64,000 bases of DNA from Candidatus Delongbacteria bacterium. Its GTDB lineage: Bacteria > CAIWAD01. Shown piece by piece: positions 39,308-47,455 of the stretch. Within the stretch, counting starts at the first letter, position 1, and each line of letters opens with the position of its first letter. The stretch is taken from positions 2,336,001 through 2,400,000 of the forward strand of contig OY760505.1 in assembly GCA_963663545.1 (NCBI GenBank), in the 5' to 3' direction. The position numbers and the translations under genes were made by a program. The notes under the pieces are model-generated. The model searched no databases. It was not told the origin of the DNA and saw only the letters and a program-made list of their open reading frames with translations.

Positions 39308-41045
39308 GCGTGATTTCAGATGCAGAACTGAACCGGCGCGCATAATGGGTCGAACCCTGGTCTTTGCGCTGGCAGAACGAGAGTTGCGCGTGCACAGCGC
39401 CTTTGATCCGGAGCAGGAAGCGCGCAGATTGTGTGATACGCTTCCTTTGCATGACGCGCCGTTGTTGGTCATCATCGGGGGTGGTCTGGGCTATCTGGCA
39501 CGTGCAGCAGCCTCGTTGAAGCTAGCTGGAATTGTGACCTTGGAGCCGACCGATGATCAGCTTGCTGCCCTGCGTGATCCAAACACTGCCGGCATTTTAC
39601 TGCAGGGCGAGGCAGAAACTCTGCTTGGCGAGTTGATGCGCCTGCGCCTAGAGATGCAGCATCCCGATATCGTTGTTGTACACAATCCGGCCTATCATCA
39701 AGTTTGGCCCGAATGGTCAGCGGTCTTGCTTTCTGAGCTTCCGCCCGGTCGTATGAATTCACTGTTCCGCCATTCTCGAAATAGTGGCCCTTGGCAGGGG
39801 AAGCGTGTGCTCGTGCTACAGAGCGGCTATTTCCTGCTGAGGGAGTGTATCACGGCCTTTCGTGAGAATGAGTGCGAAGTCTATGAGCTTCCGCTTGATC
39901 CCGCAGGCGCAAGCATCTCACCGTCGCTGGATCACCGCGGTGTGCGGGTCAGCGCCGATTTCCTCGAGCGGCTTCTTGAGGCCATTGAGACCTTCAAACC
40001 CGAGTTCGTCTTTTGCGTGAATCACATCGGGTTTGATCGTCAGGGACGCTTGCTGGATCTGCTGGACAGCCTCCGTCTTCCGCTTGCGGTGTGGTACGTG
40101 GACAGTCCGGCCTACATTCTGGACGAAGAGGCTTCCGTTGCACGGGATAGCAGCTTCTTGTTCTGCTGGGAGCGCGCCTGGATTCCGCTCATGGAAGAGC
40201 GGGGCTTTGGCCGTGTGATGCACTTACCCCTGGCCGGTAATGCGTCCTTCTTGAATGTGCGACCGGACGGTGCCCGCACCCTGAGTTTTGTGGGAGGCAG
40301 TAACACGACAGCCATCGCCAAATGGCGACGGGATCTTGCTCCGCCGACTTATCTGCGAAAGGAGATTGGCCGCCTTCGTCAGCTTTTCATGCATGAAGAG
40401 CGCGGGTTGCTTCCCGAAGAGCTTCTGGAGCGGAAGTTGCACGAGTTTCCGCGGTTGAAGGCCTGGCTTGACTCTTCGCGACGACGCAAGCTCTGCAGTC
40501 TGTTGGTTCTGGAGGCGACGCAGAGCGATCGCCTGCGACTGCTGCAGGAGCTGCGCGACTACGAGCCCGTGTTGCACGGAGACGCGGGTTGGCATTCGCT
40601 GGATGCGAAGCTGCGCGCGCTTACTCCCTTGGACTATTATGCCGGTCTTGCGGAGCATTATGCTGGCAGCCTGATCAATTTGAACTGTACCAGTCGCCAG
40701 ATGCCGACTGCGCTGAACCAGCGTGCGTTTGACGTTCCGCTGGCGGGGTCGCTGGTCCTTGGAGATGCACAACCCGATCTGGAGTTGCTGTTTACGCCGG
40801 GCAAGGATTGTGTCGCCTGGCATAGTGTCGAGGAAGCCTCTGAGCTTTGCGCAAGGCTTCTGCGTGACACAGACGAAAGAACGCGCATTGTATCACGGGC
40901 GCGAGAAACCGTGATGAGCCGACATTTGTACCGCCATCGAATTGCTGATCTTTTAGCGTTCATGAAGCGGGAACTTGGTGTGACTGTATCACCGAACAGG
41001 AGTGTCACATCCAATGAGAGCAACGAGGTGACGCATGGATTTTAG
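39300..41045 (+). CDS. CgeB/DUF3880-family glycosyltransferase with Maf-like N-terminus
   Basis: VHSAFDPEQEA, IIGGGLGY, NHIGFD, WYVDSP, NLNCTSRQM...NQRAFDVP, HLYRHR. Start ATG 39300. Confidence 0.8.
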   Translation: MPERDFRCRTEPARIMGRTLVFALAERELRVHSAFDPEQEARRLCDTLPLHDAPLLVIIGGGLGYLARAAASLKLAGIVTLEPTDDQLAALRDPNTAGILLQGEAETLLGELMRLRLEMQHPDIVVVHNPAYHQVWPEWSAVLLSELPPGRMNSLFRHSRNSGPWQGKRVLVLQSGYFLLRECITAFRENECEVYELPLDPAGASISPSLDHRGVRVSADFLERLLEAIETFKPEFVFCVNHIGFDRQGRLLDLLDSLRLPLAVWYVDSPAYILDEEASVARDSSFLFCWERAWIPLMEERGFGRVMHLPLAGNASFLNVRPDGARTLSFVGGSNTTAIAKWRRDLAPPTYLRKEIGRLRQLFMHEERGLLPEELLERKLHEFPRLKAWLDSSRRRKLCSLLVLEATQSDRLRLLQELRDYEPVLHGDAGWHSLDAKLRALTPLDYYAGLAEHYAGSLINLNCTSRQMPTALNQRAFDVPLAGSLVLGDAQPDLELLFTPGKDCVAWHSVEEASELCARLLRDTDERTRIVSRARETVMSRHLYRHRIADLLAFMKRELGVTVSPNRSVTSNESNEVTHGF

Positions 41046-41646
41046 AATCAACGGCCAGGATCAGCAGGAATTGCTGGCTGGTCTTGGCGAACAACCAATG
41101 CTGCACGAGCTGGTAGCCGGTGCAGCCCGGCTCATTGAAGAGCGCGGCGAAGTTGTAACACGCATTGCCATAGACGGACAGGATCTGACGGGTGGTGCTT
41201 GGGCAGACCAATCTGAGCGACGCGATGTTGCACAACTTGAGATCACCTCCATGCGTCCCATTGACCTTGTGCGTGATACAATTGCCACCAGTCGGGAGTG
41301 GGTCGATCCGGTACGACAGGAAGTGATGGCCTGCGCCGGTCGTTTTCGTACCGGAGAAGAGACGCGTGCCGTTGAGCAGCTTGTGCGTGTGGTTGATGGC
41401 CTTCGCCTGCTGCTGACGGGCGTGATACAAATGTCTACGCTTGCAGCAAACACACTGCCCGAGCTCCCGCTTGAAGATGCTTCGGCATGGCGTGACAGCA
41501 TGACTTCGCTGCTGGATGAACTGATTGAAAGTCAGCAGAACCAGGATTGGGTCATGCTGGCTGATTTGCTGGAGTACGAGCTCTGCGAGAGGCTGGATCA
41601 GTGGCGTACGCTAGCTGAGGAGCTTTTGAATACGTTGGGCAACTAG
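41035..41646 (+). CDS. Hypothetical helical protein typical of flagellin-glycosylation loci
   Basis: C-terminal DWVMLADLLEYEL motif; GAGG RBS; overlaps the upstream gene. Confidence 0.65.
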   Translation: MDFRINGQDQQELLAGLGEQPMLHELVAGAARLIEERGEVVTRIAIDGQDLTGGAWADQSERRDVAQLEITSMRPIDLVRDTIATSREWVDPVRQEVMACAGRFRTGEETRAVEQLVRVVDGLRLLLTGVIQMSTLAANTLPELPLEDASAWRDSMTSLLDELIESQQNQDWVMLADLLEYELCERLDQWRTLAEELLNTLGN

Positions 41647-41661
41647 CCCGAGGAAACAAAG

Positions 41662-42081
41662 ATGAGTAGTGAGAGCACTCGCGATCGTGAATCGCGCGCC
41701 CGCGTTGAGGCCATTTTGCAGGATCTGCTTCGCGTTGGCCGAGAGCTGCTGGCGCAGTTCGCCGATGGGCAGACACCGGAAACTGCAATGCTGGAGAGCG
41801 CCTTGGGAAAACGCAGTCAGCTGTTGGACGAGCTCCATAGTCAGTGGCAGGGCTTGCGTATACAAGATCCGCGTCTTGCAGAGCGCCTTGAAGAAACCCA
41901 ACTGAAGGATGTGCGCGAGCAGGATCTGCGTTTGCGCGAGGATCTGCACAATCGCCTGCAGACCATGCGCGGTGACCTGGATAACATGGCGAGTTGTCGT
42001 GGTCGCCTGTCGCAGTACCGGGGAGCCCATAGCCGAGGCGGTCCCACAACGCGCGCGCGCTATATCGATCAGCGAAGCTGA
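41662..42081 (+). CDS. FliT-like small helical protein
   Basis: 139-aa helical protein with LxxRxQLL and a C-terminal YIDQRS reminiscent of FliT; GAGG RBS. Confidence 0.5.
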   Translation: MSSESTRDRESRARVEAILQDLLRVGRELLAQFADGQTPETAMLESALGKRSQLLDELHSQWQGLRIQDPRLAERLEETQLKDVREQDLRLREDLHNRLQTMRGDLDNMASCRGRLSQYRGAHSRGGPTTRARYIDQRS

Positions 42082-42205
42082 CTTCGCGAAATCCACTTCA
42101 AGCTCGTAACTACCCTGGCGAGCCGGGACCGGGTTCTGCATCCGCGGGCGGGCTCCTTTGCGCACTTGCGGTTCGGCGTGTCCGATAGATCCCTCCGACA
42201 ACTCT

Positions 42206-42234
42206 CTGACACAAGGCTGAAGCTCCTCTACTAT
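42206..42234 (+). promoter_or_regulatory. Putative sigma70-type promoter of the TPR gene
   Basis: CTGACA-N17-TACTAT; same -10 hexamer as at 13147. Confidence 0.45.
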
Positions 42235-42343
42235 ATTGTCCGTCTTTGCCGTCGGCAGGTAAGCCGCAAACGAGCCCGAACGGGCCGGCACACGCAATCG
42301 ACGGTGGGCAAGCAAACCGAACTAAGAAGAATACGGAGCGACC

Positions 42344-45058
42344 ATGGCTGGTCTGAGCAATAACGAGAAAGCATCACGCTGGTATCAGGAAACACGCAAG
42401 CTGCATAGTACGGGAAATCCGGATTTGGCCAAGGTCGTGGCGGGTTATCGCAAGGCAATTGAGCTTGACCCCAATTTTGCCGACGCGCACTACGCGCTTG
42501 GTGTTGCCCTGCTGGGCAAAGGTGAGTTGAACAGCGCATTCGAGAGCATTTCGCGCGCGCTGCAGTTGAAGCCCGACAGCGCGGAAGCCTGGTTCCACCT
42601 GGCGCAAATCCGCCTGCGTCAGCAGAAGCCGGCAGAAGCCGAAGTTGCGCTGCGCAAGGCCATTGATCTGACTCCTCGCGAGCGTCGCGGCCCGCTGTAT
42701 TTCACCATCGCCATGTCTCTGCAGAGCCAGAACAAGCTGACCGAGGCCGAAGAGTGCTTCCGCTTGGGTTTGGAAGTGAGCCCCGGCGACCGTGCGGGCA
42801 ATTTCCAGTTCGCCCTCTTCCTGCAGAACAGCAACCGCAACGATGAAGCCGCCGAGGTGCTGGATCGCATGCTCGCCGAGCGCGCCGACCGCGATGTGCT
42901 GAACCTGCGCGCGCTGGTGTACGCCCGTCAGAACAATTTCGACGAGGCAGTCAAGGTCCTCGATCAGGCTCTGGAGCAGGCACCGGAGGACGCCGGGCTG
43001 CTATTCAACCTGGCGCAGATGGAAGACCAGCGCGGCAATCGCAGTCGTGCCGCTGAGCTACTGAACAAAACCCTGGACGTGCAGCCGCGTCAGCCGGGGG
43101 CTCTGAGTCGCCTGGCGGCCATCGAAGCCGGCGAGAACAAAGAGTACGACAAGGCCCTCGCGTTGCTGGACAAGGCGTTGGGCATGGCACCCGAAGATCC
43201 CACGTTGTTCTACCAGAAAGGCGCTGTGCTGGCCGAAATGGGCCGCACCGATGACGCCATCGCCATGCTCGAGAGCGCGCTGAAGCGCCGTCCCCGCTTC
43301 CCGGAGGCGCAAGCGATTCTGGCCCGCTTGCAGAATACGGACGCCGCCGAGCCGGTGCAGGATCCTGCCGAGCTGGAAGAAGCCCTGAAGCAAAATCCCA
43401 CCGACGAGGAATTGAAGCGTCGCCTGGCGCAATCCTACCTGGTCAATCGCCGTTTCGACGATGCCGTGCGCGTTCTCGATGAGCTGCTTGCCGCGCACCC
43501 AGACGATGCTTCGCTCAAGCTGAGCCGCGCCTTTAGCGCCAGCCAGCAGTTGAGCCGTGATCCGCGCGAAGTGATCCAGGTCCGCAACGATCTGCGCGAT
43601 TCGCTGGCAGCTTTGGGCGACGGTGGTGAGAATGACGGCGCCCGGTTACGCCTGGCTCAGATCAACATCATGCTGCGTGAGCCCGAGGATGCGCTCGTTG
43701 CATTGCAGGACCTCTTGAGCCGCCGCGATAACGATCCGCGCCTGTACAGCCTGCAGGGCGTGGCGTTGCAGCAGAAGGCGCACTTTGATGAGGCACGGGC
43801 AGCCTTTGAGCGCGTTGTGGATTTGATCGATCCTGAGCGCCAATTGCAGCCGGGTGATCCGCGTTTGCAGATGGGGCTGCTGGAAGCCGTAGCCGCTCTT
43901 GCCCAGATTGCCGATGCGACGAACGAGGTTGAGACCGCCGCGTCCTGGTATGAGCGACTGCAACAGCTGACGCCGCAGGATGTAGCTCCGTTGGGACGTC
44001 TGGCGAATCTGTACAATCGCAATCGTCGCTTCGAAGACGGTTTGGCCGTTGTGGAGCGAATTGAAGTGCTTCAGCCCCAGGATGCCCGTACGCAGTTCCT
44101 GAAAGGACTGGTGCTGGCGGACCTCAAGCGCAATGACGAGGCTGAAGCAGCTCTGCTGCGCGCGCTGGAACTGCAGCCCGAGTTCCCCGAAGCTCAGCAG
44201 CGTCTTGAGCACATGCAGCAGAGCCGTCCTTTGGTGGCTGCCAGTGCCGAGGAGCTCGAAGAGTCGCTGGCCGAGGATCCGGAGAACAACGACGACCGCC
44301 TGCTGATCAGTCATCACTATCTGCGCGAGCAGCAGTGGGACAAGGCCGCCGAGCATCTTGAGGCGCTGACCTCGCGTGATACAAGCAATCATCGCGCTCT
44401 CTACGACTTGTCACAGGTCTACGTGGCTCAAGGCAATCTCGATCGCGCCATCGACTGCCTGATTCAGCTCGAGGAGCGTCTGCCCAACGATCCCAACATC
44501 CGCTATGGTTTGGCGGAGTTGCTGCTGCAGAACGGCGAGACCGAGCTGGCGGTCAAAGAGTACCGCAATGCGACTGAAATGATGCCGCGCAACCCGCTGT
44601 TCAACTTCCGCCTTGGCCAGGCCCTGCGCGAGCAGGACCGCGACGATCGCGCCGAAGAGTCCATTCGCAAGGCCATTGAGATTCAGGACAACTTCCCTGC
44701 CGCGCATTACGAGCTGGGCTTGATCGAGTACACCAGCGATCGCGAAGAAGCGGCGCTCAAGAGCTTCGGCAAGGCTTTCACGCAGAATCAGCGCCTCTAT
44801 CTGGCCTTGTATTACAGCGGCATGATCATGCTGAACAAGGTCAAGCGACCTGACGAGGCCCGCAAGTTCTTCCAGAGCGTGCTGGCGCTGAAGCCGGACC
44901 ACGGCGACAGCCACTGGCAGCTGGGTCGCCTGTTCAAGGATGCGAACCGAACCGCAGACGCGCGCTATCACCTGCAGAAGGCGCTGTCAAGTTGGGACGA
45001 GCAGGCCTTCAATCGTCCGGCGGCCGAGGAGCTGCTGGCTGGCCTGAGTGGTGAGTAA
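42344..45058 (+). CDS. Large tetratricopeptide-repeat protein
   Basis: Many TPR units (e.g. YRKAIELDPNFADAHYALG); no signal peptide; strong codon bias. Confidence 0.9.
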   Translation: MAGLSNNEKASRWYQETRKLHSTGNPDLAKVVAGYRKAIELDPNFADAHYALGVALLGKGELNSAFESISRALQLKPDSAEAWFHLAQIRLRQQKPAEAEVALRKAIDLTPRERRGPLYFTIAMSLQSQNKLTEAEECFRLGLEVSPGDRAGNFQFALFLQNSNRNDEAAEVLDRMLAERADRDVLNLRALVYARQNNFDEAVKVLDQALEQAPEDAGLLFNLAQMEDQRGNRSRAAELLNKTLDVQPRQPGALSRLAAIEAGENKEYDKALALLDKALGMAPEDPTLFYQKGAVLAEMGRTDDAIAMLESALKRRPRFPEAQAILARLQNTDAAEPVQDPAELEEALKQNPTDEELKRRLAQSYLVNRRFDDAVRVLDELLAAHPDDASLKLSRAFSASQQLSRDPREVIQVRNDLRDSLAALGDGGENDGARLRLAQINIMLREPEDALVALQDLLSRRDNDPRLYSLQGVALQQKAHFDEARAAFERVVDLIDPERQLQPGDPRLQMGLLEAVAALAQIADATNEVETAASWYERLQQLTPQDVAPLGRLANLYNRNRRFEDGLAVVERIEVLQPQDARTQFLKGLVLADLKRNDEAEAALLRALELQPEFPEAQQRLEHMQQSRPLVAASAEELEESLAEDPENNDDRLLISHHYLREQQWDKAAEHLEALTSRDTSNHRALYDLSQVYVAQGNLDRAIDCLIQLEERLPNDPNIRYGLAELLLQNGETELAVKEYRNATEMMPRNPLFNFRLGQALREQDRDDRAEESIRKAIEIQDNFPAAHYELGLIEYTSDREEAALKSFGKAFTQNQRLYLALYYSGMIMLNKVKRPDEARKFFQSVLALKPDHGDSHWQLGRLFKDANRTADARYHLQKALSSWDEQAFNRPAAEELLAGLSGE

Positions 45059-45065
45059 CGCTGGA

Positions 45066-45087
45066 AATATTTATACTGATAAATATT
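45066..45087. promoter_or_regulatory. AT-rich inverted repeat, putative operator upstream of thioredoxin
   Basis: AATATTTAT-ACTG-ATAAATATT, perfect 9-bp arms. Confidence 0.55.
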
Positions 45088-45151
45088 GCCTGCGGGAACA
45101 AAGCCCCGTGTGCCGCGTAGGCGGGTTTTCGCAAACAATTGAGGTAAAACA

Positions 45152-45469
45152 ATGGCTGAACTGCCCAAGATCACCGATGCGGAGTTCCAGGACTTCACTT
45201 CAAAGCCGGGCCTGGTGCTGGTAGATTTCAGCGCCACCTGGTGCGGACCCTGCAAGAAGCTGCACCCCATTCTGGGTGAGATTTCCGCCGAGCGCGACGA
45301 TGTCAGCATTGGAATGGTGGATATTCAGGACGCCCCCAAAGCGGCACAGTCCTGCGGAGTCATGTCGGTGCCGCAGGTGCACGCCTGGAAGGACGGGAAG
45401 AAGGTGGACCAGTTCATTGGTCTGCAGAACAAGGCTTTCATCAATTCGATGATTGACCGGCACAAGTAG
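45152..45469 (+). CDS. trxA: Thioredoxin
   Basis: VDFSATWCGPCK, cis-Pro motif SVP, 105 aa, GAGG RBS. Confidence 0.93.
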   Translation: MAELPKITDAEFQDFTSKPGLVLVDFSATWCGPCKKLHPILGEISAERDDVSIGMVDIQDAPKAAQSCGVMSVPQVHAWKDGKKVDQFIGLQNKAFINSMIDRHK

Positions 45470-45478
45470 GAGAGAGCC

Positions 45479-46018
45479 ATGCGCACGCTGACCCATGCGG
45501 TTGTGATCCTGATGGTCCTGTTCCTGACGGCCTGTGGTGGCCAGCAGAAGCAGGAAGGCCAAGTCGCTGCGGACAAGACCGTGGCCGCTGCTGCAGCCGA
45601 ACCCGCTCCGGGCGAAGTGATGCCCATGTCCCAGGCGGACTGGGCCGGACTGACTACGGGCAAGGTGACCTTTGTGGAGCTCTGGGGTGTGTGGTGTGGT
45701 CCCTGCATTCAAAGCATGCCCGCTGTGCAGGCTCACTGGGAGCACTACAAGGACAACCCGGACTTTCGCATGATGGTGGTCAATACCGCCTGGCACGGCG
45801 ACAACCTGGAGCGCGTGCAGGGCTGGCTTTCCAAGAATTCGCGTTATACCTTCCCCGTGTACGTTGAAGATCGCGGCCAGGAGGCGCATTTGGCTATGGT
45901 CAACCGCGTCAACAGCATTCCGCGCTCGCTGGTGTACAACAAGAAGGGTGAGCTGGTCTTCAACGATCATCCCAGCAAGTTGACGCACGAGTTTCTCGAT
46001 CAGCTGCTGGCCGAGTAG
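45479..46018 (+). CDS. TlpA/ResA-like redoxin lipoprotein
   Basis: Lipobox LTAC, WGVWCGPCIQSMP, SIPRS. Confidence 0.87.
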   Translation: MRTLTHAVVILMVLFLTACGGQQKQEGQVAADKTVAAAAAEPAPGEVMPMSQADWAGLTTGKVTFVELWGVWCGPCIQSMPAVQAHWEHYKDNPDFRMMVVNTAWHGDNLERVQGWLSKNSRYTFPVYVEDRGQEAHLAMVNRVNSIPRSLVYNKKGELVFNDHPSKLTHEFLDQLLAE

Positions 46019-46038
46019 GCTGGCGATTTATGGATTAC

Positions 46039-46065
46039 AAAGGGCGCCCGTGTGGCGCCCTTTTT
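46039..46065 (+). terminator. Rho-independent terminator (probably bidirectional)
   Basis: AAAGGGCGCC-cgtgt-GGCGCCCTTTTT. Confidence 0.8.
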
Positions 46066-46290
46066 CTTGCTCCGCCCAGCTGCAATTGCCGCTATGCGCC
46101 ACCACCCGCCCCCCTGCCGGGGTCACGCTTCAGCCGCCTCGCGGTTTCCGCTTTTGGCTTCCTTCCGGACTCCCGGTATCGGCCTGTTCTTGCACTCAGA
46201 CACAAGGGGCTGCTTTTGCCCGTTTAGGCGCAGTTCCCGCATGAACTTTTGTGCCCGGTACCGGAAGCGACTCCTACTGCGCAAAACAAC

Positions 46291-46320
46291 AAAAGCCCGC
46301 TCCTTTCCGAGCGGGCTTTT
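46291..46320 (-). terminator. Rho-independent terminator (bidirectional) downstream of the YbjN-like gene
   Basis: AAAAGCCCGCTC-ctttcc-GAGCGGGCTTTT. Confidence 0.8.
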
Positions 46321-46344
46321 GTATCACAGAATGATGTGTCGTGT

Positions 46345-46845
46345 TTAGTCGTCCTCGCCGCCCGGCAGTTTGCCGAAGCGCGCTTCCTCGTCGTTGATGG
46401 CCTCTTCCCAGGCCTCCAGCGGCGTCATCTGCGAGTAGATCATTTTCATCAGCAGATGCAGGTGATCGTCCATCAGCGCCAGATTGCCCATGACGGCATC
46501 GGAGAGCATCGGCGGGTTCAGCTCCAATTCGCGGCAGAGCAGGTAGGTGCGCAGGGCCAGGCTGCCACTGCCCATGTCCAGTTCAAAATCGCCGTAGCGT
46601 TGACCCAGGTTCAGCCGCGTAATCAGCTCCATCATCGCGTAGCGACGCTCCAGGGGCACGGTAGTGGGCAGAAAGGAGTAGAAGCAGAAGATTTCCGCCT
46701 GGCTGTCCCAGACTGCGCGACACTGCCATGTGCCGCTGTCCCCGGCGTAGGAGGCGTCCACCGATCCATCCTCGGGATAGAAACGATGGTCCCAATCGAG
46801 CTCAGCGAAGTAATCAAGAATGGTTTCGATGGGATTGGCCTTCAT
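46345..46845 (-). CDS. YbjN domain protein
   Basis: VPLERR...ELITRLN...GDFELD pattern; AAGGAG RBS. Start is ATG 46845 or GTG 46848. Confidence 0.75.
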   Translation of the reverse strand: MKANPIETILDYFAELDWDHRFYPEDGSVDASYAGDSGTWQCRAVWDSQAEIFCFYSFLPTTVPLERRYAMMELITRLNLGQRYGDFELDMGSGSLALRTYLLCRELELNPPMLSDAVMGNLALMDDHLHLLMKMIYSQMTPLEAWEEAINDEEARFGKLPGGEDD

Positions 46846-47215
46846 CACGGCAGACTCCTTTAGAAATCGAGCCATAGAATAGGGTTTTGCCGCGGTTCCA
46901 TCAAGCCGCAAGCGGAACCTCGACAGCTTAGAGCACAGTGTTCCTTTTGCTGCCTGCAAGATTCAGTCCTGCTCACGTTTATCCCTCGATATCGGTGTTC
47001 GGCCACTTCCTGTCTACGGGTTGATTTCTGTTCCAGGCCTCTGCTGGAGCAGGAAGTCCGCCCTTCTCGTAGCTGTATGCCTCCCGAAGTTCAGAACTTC
47101 GCAGCCCTGCAGAATCTGCCCGCGAGATTCCTCCTCTGCCTTATGTCCCCGGAAGATCCTGATAACTCGTGAAGTTTGGTTTTGATCTCAGCACACTGTG
47201 ACGCGAGAGTCGTGC

Positions 47216-47231
47216 TGGCCTGATCCTTGCT
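47216..47231 (+). promoter_or_regulatory. Putative sigma54 promoter upstream of the large surface protein
   Basis: TGGCCT-GATCC-TTGCT with GG-N10-GC spacing, inside a ~600-bp intergenic region. Confidence 0.45.
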
Positions 47232-47455
47232 CCCCGAGCCCCGAGCAAAATAGCTTCAAGCTCGCTCGATAGTTCTCATTTCCTGCCGATAGGAGGACAA
47301 GCGTAATCCTGCGGCGTGAGAACGCGCCTGGATCAAAGCGAGATTGGCTCTTATGCTTTCTGTATACATTACGATCGATGCTCTGGCGTCCTTGCACTCT
47401 CCCTGCAAGGTCAAAGGACAAGTTTCAACAAGGGTAAATTGCCTGCGGAGGAAAC

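Noticed and set aside
46157..46170. Minus-strand GTCCGGAAGGAAGC resembling the SRP (ffs) RNA helix 8 tip
   Set aside because: The conserved CAGG/AGCA symmetric loop is absent (GGAG/AGCC), and I could not form the long SRP stem.
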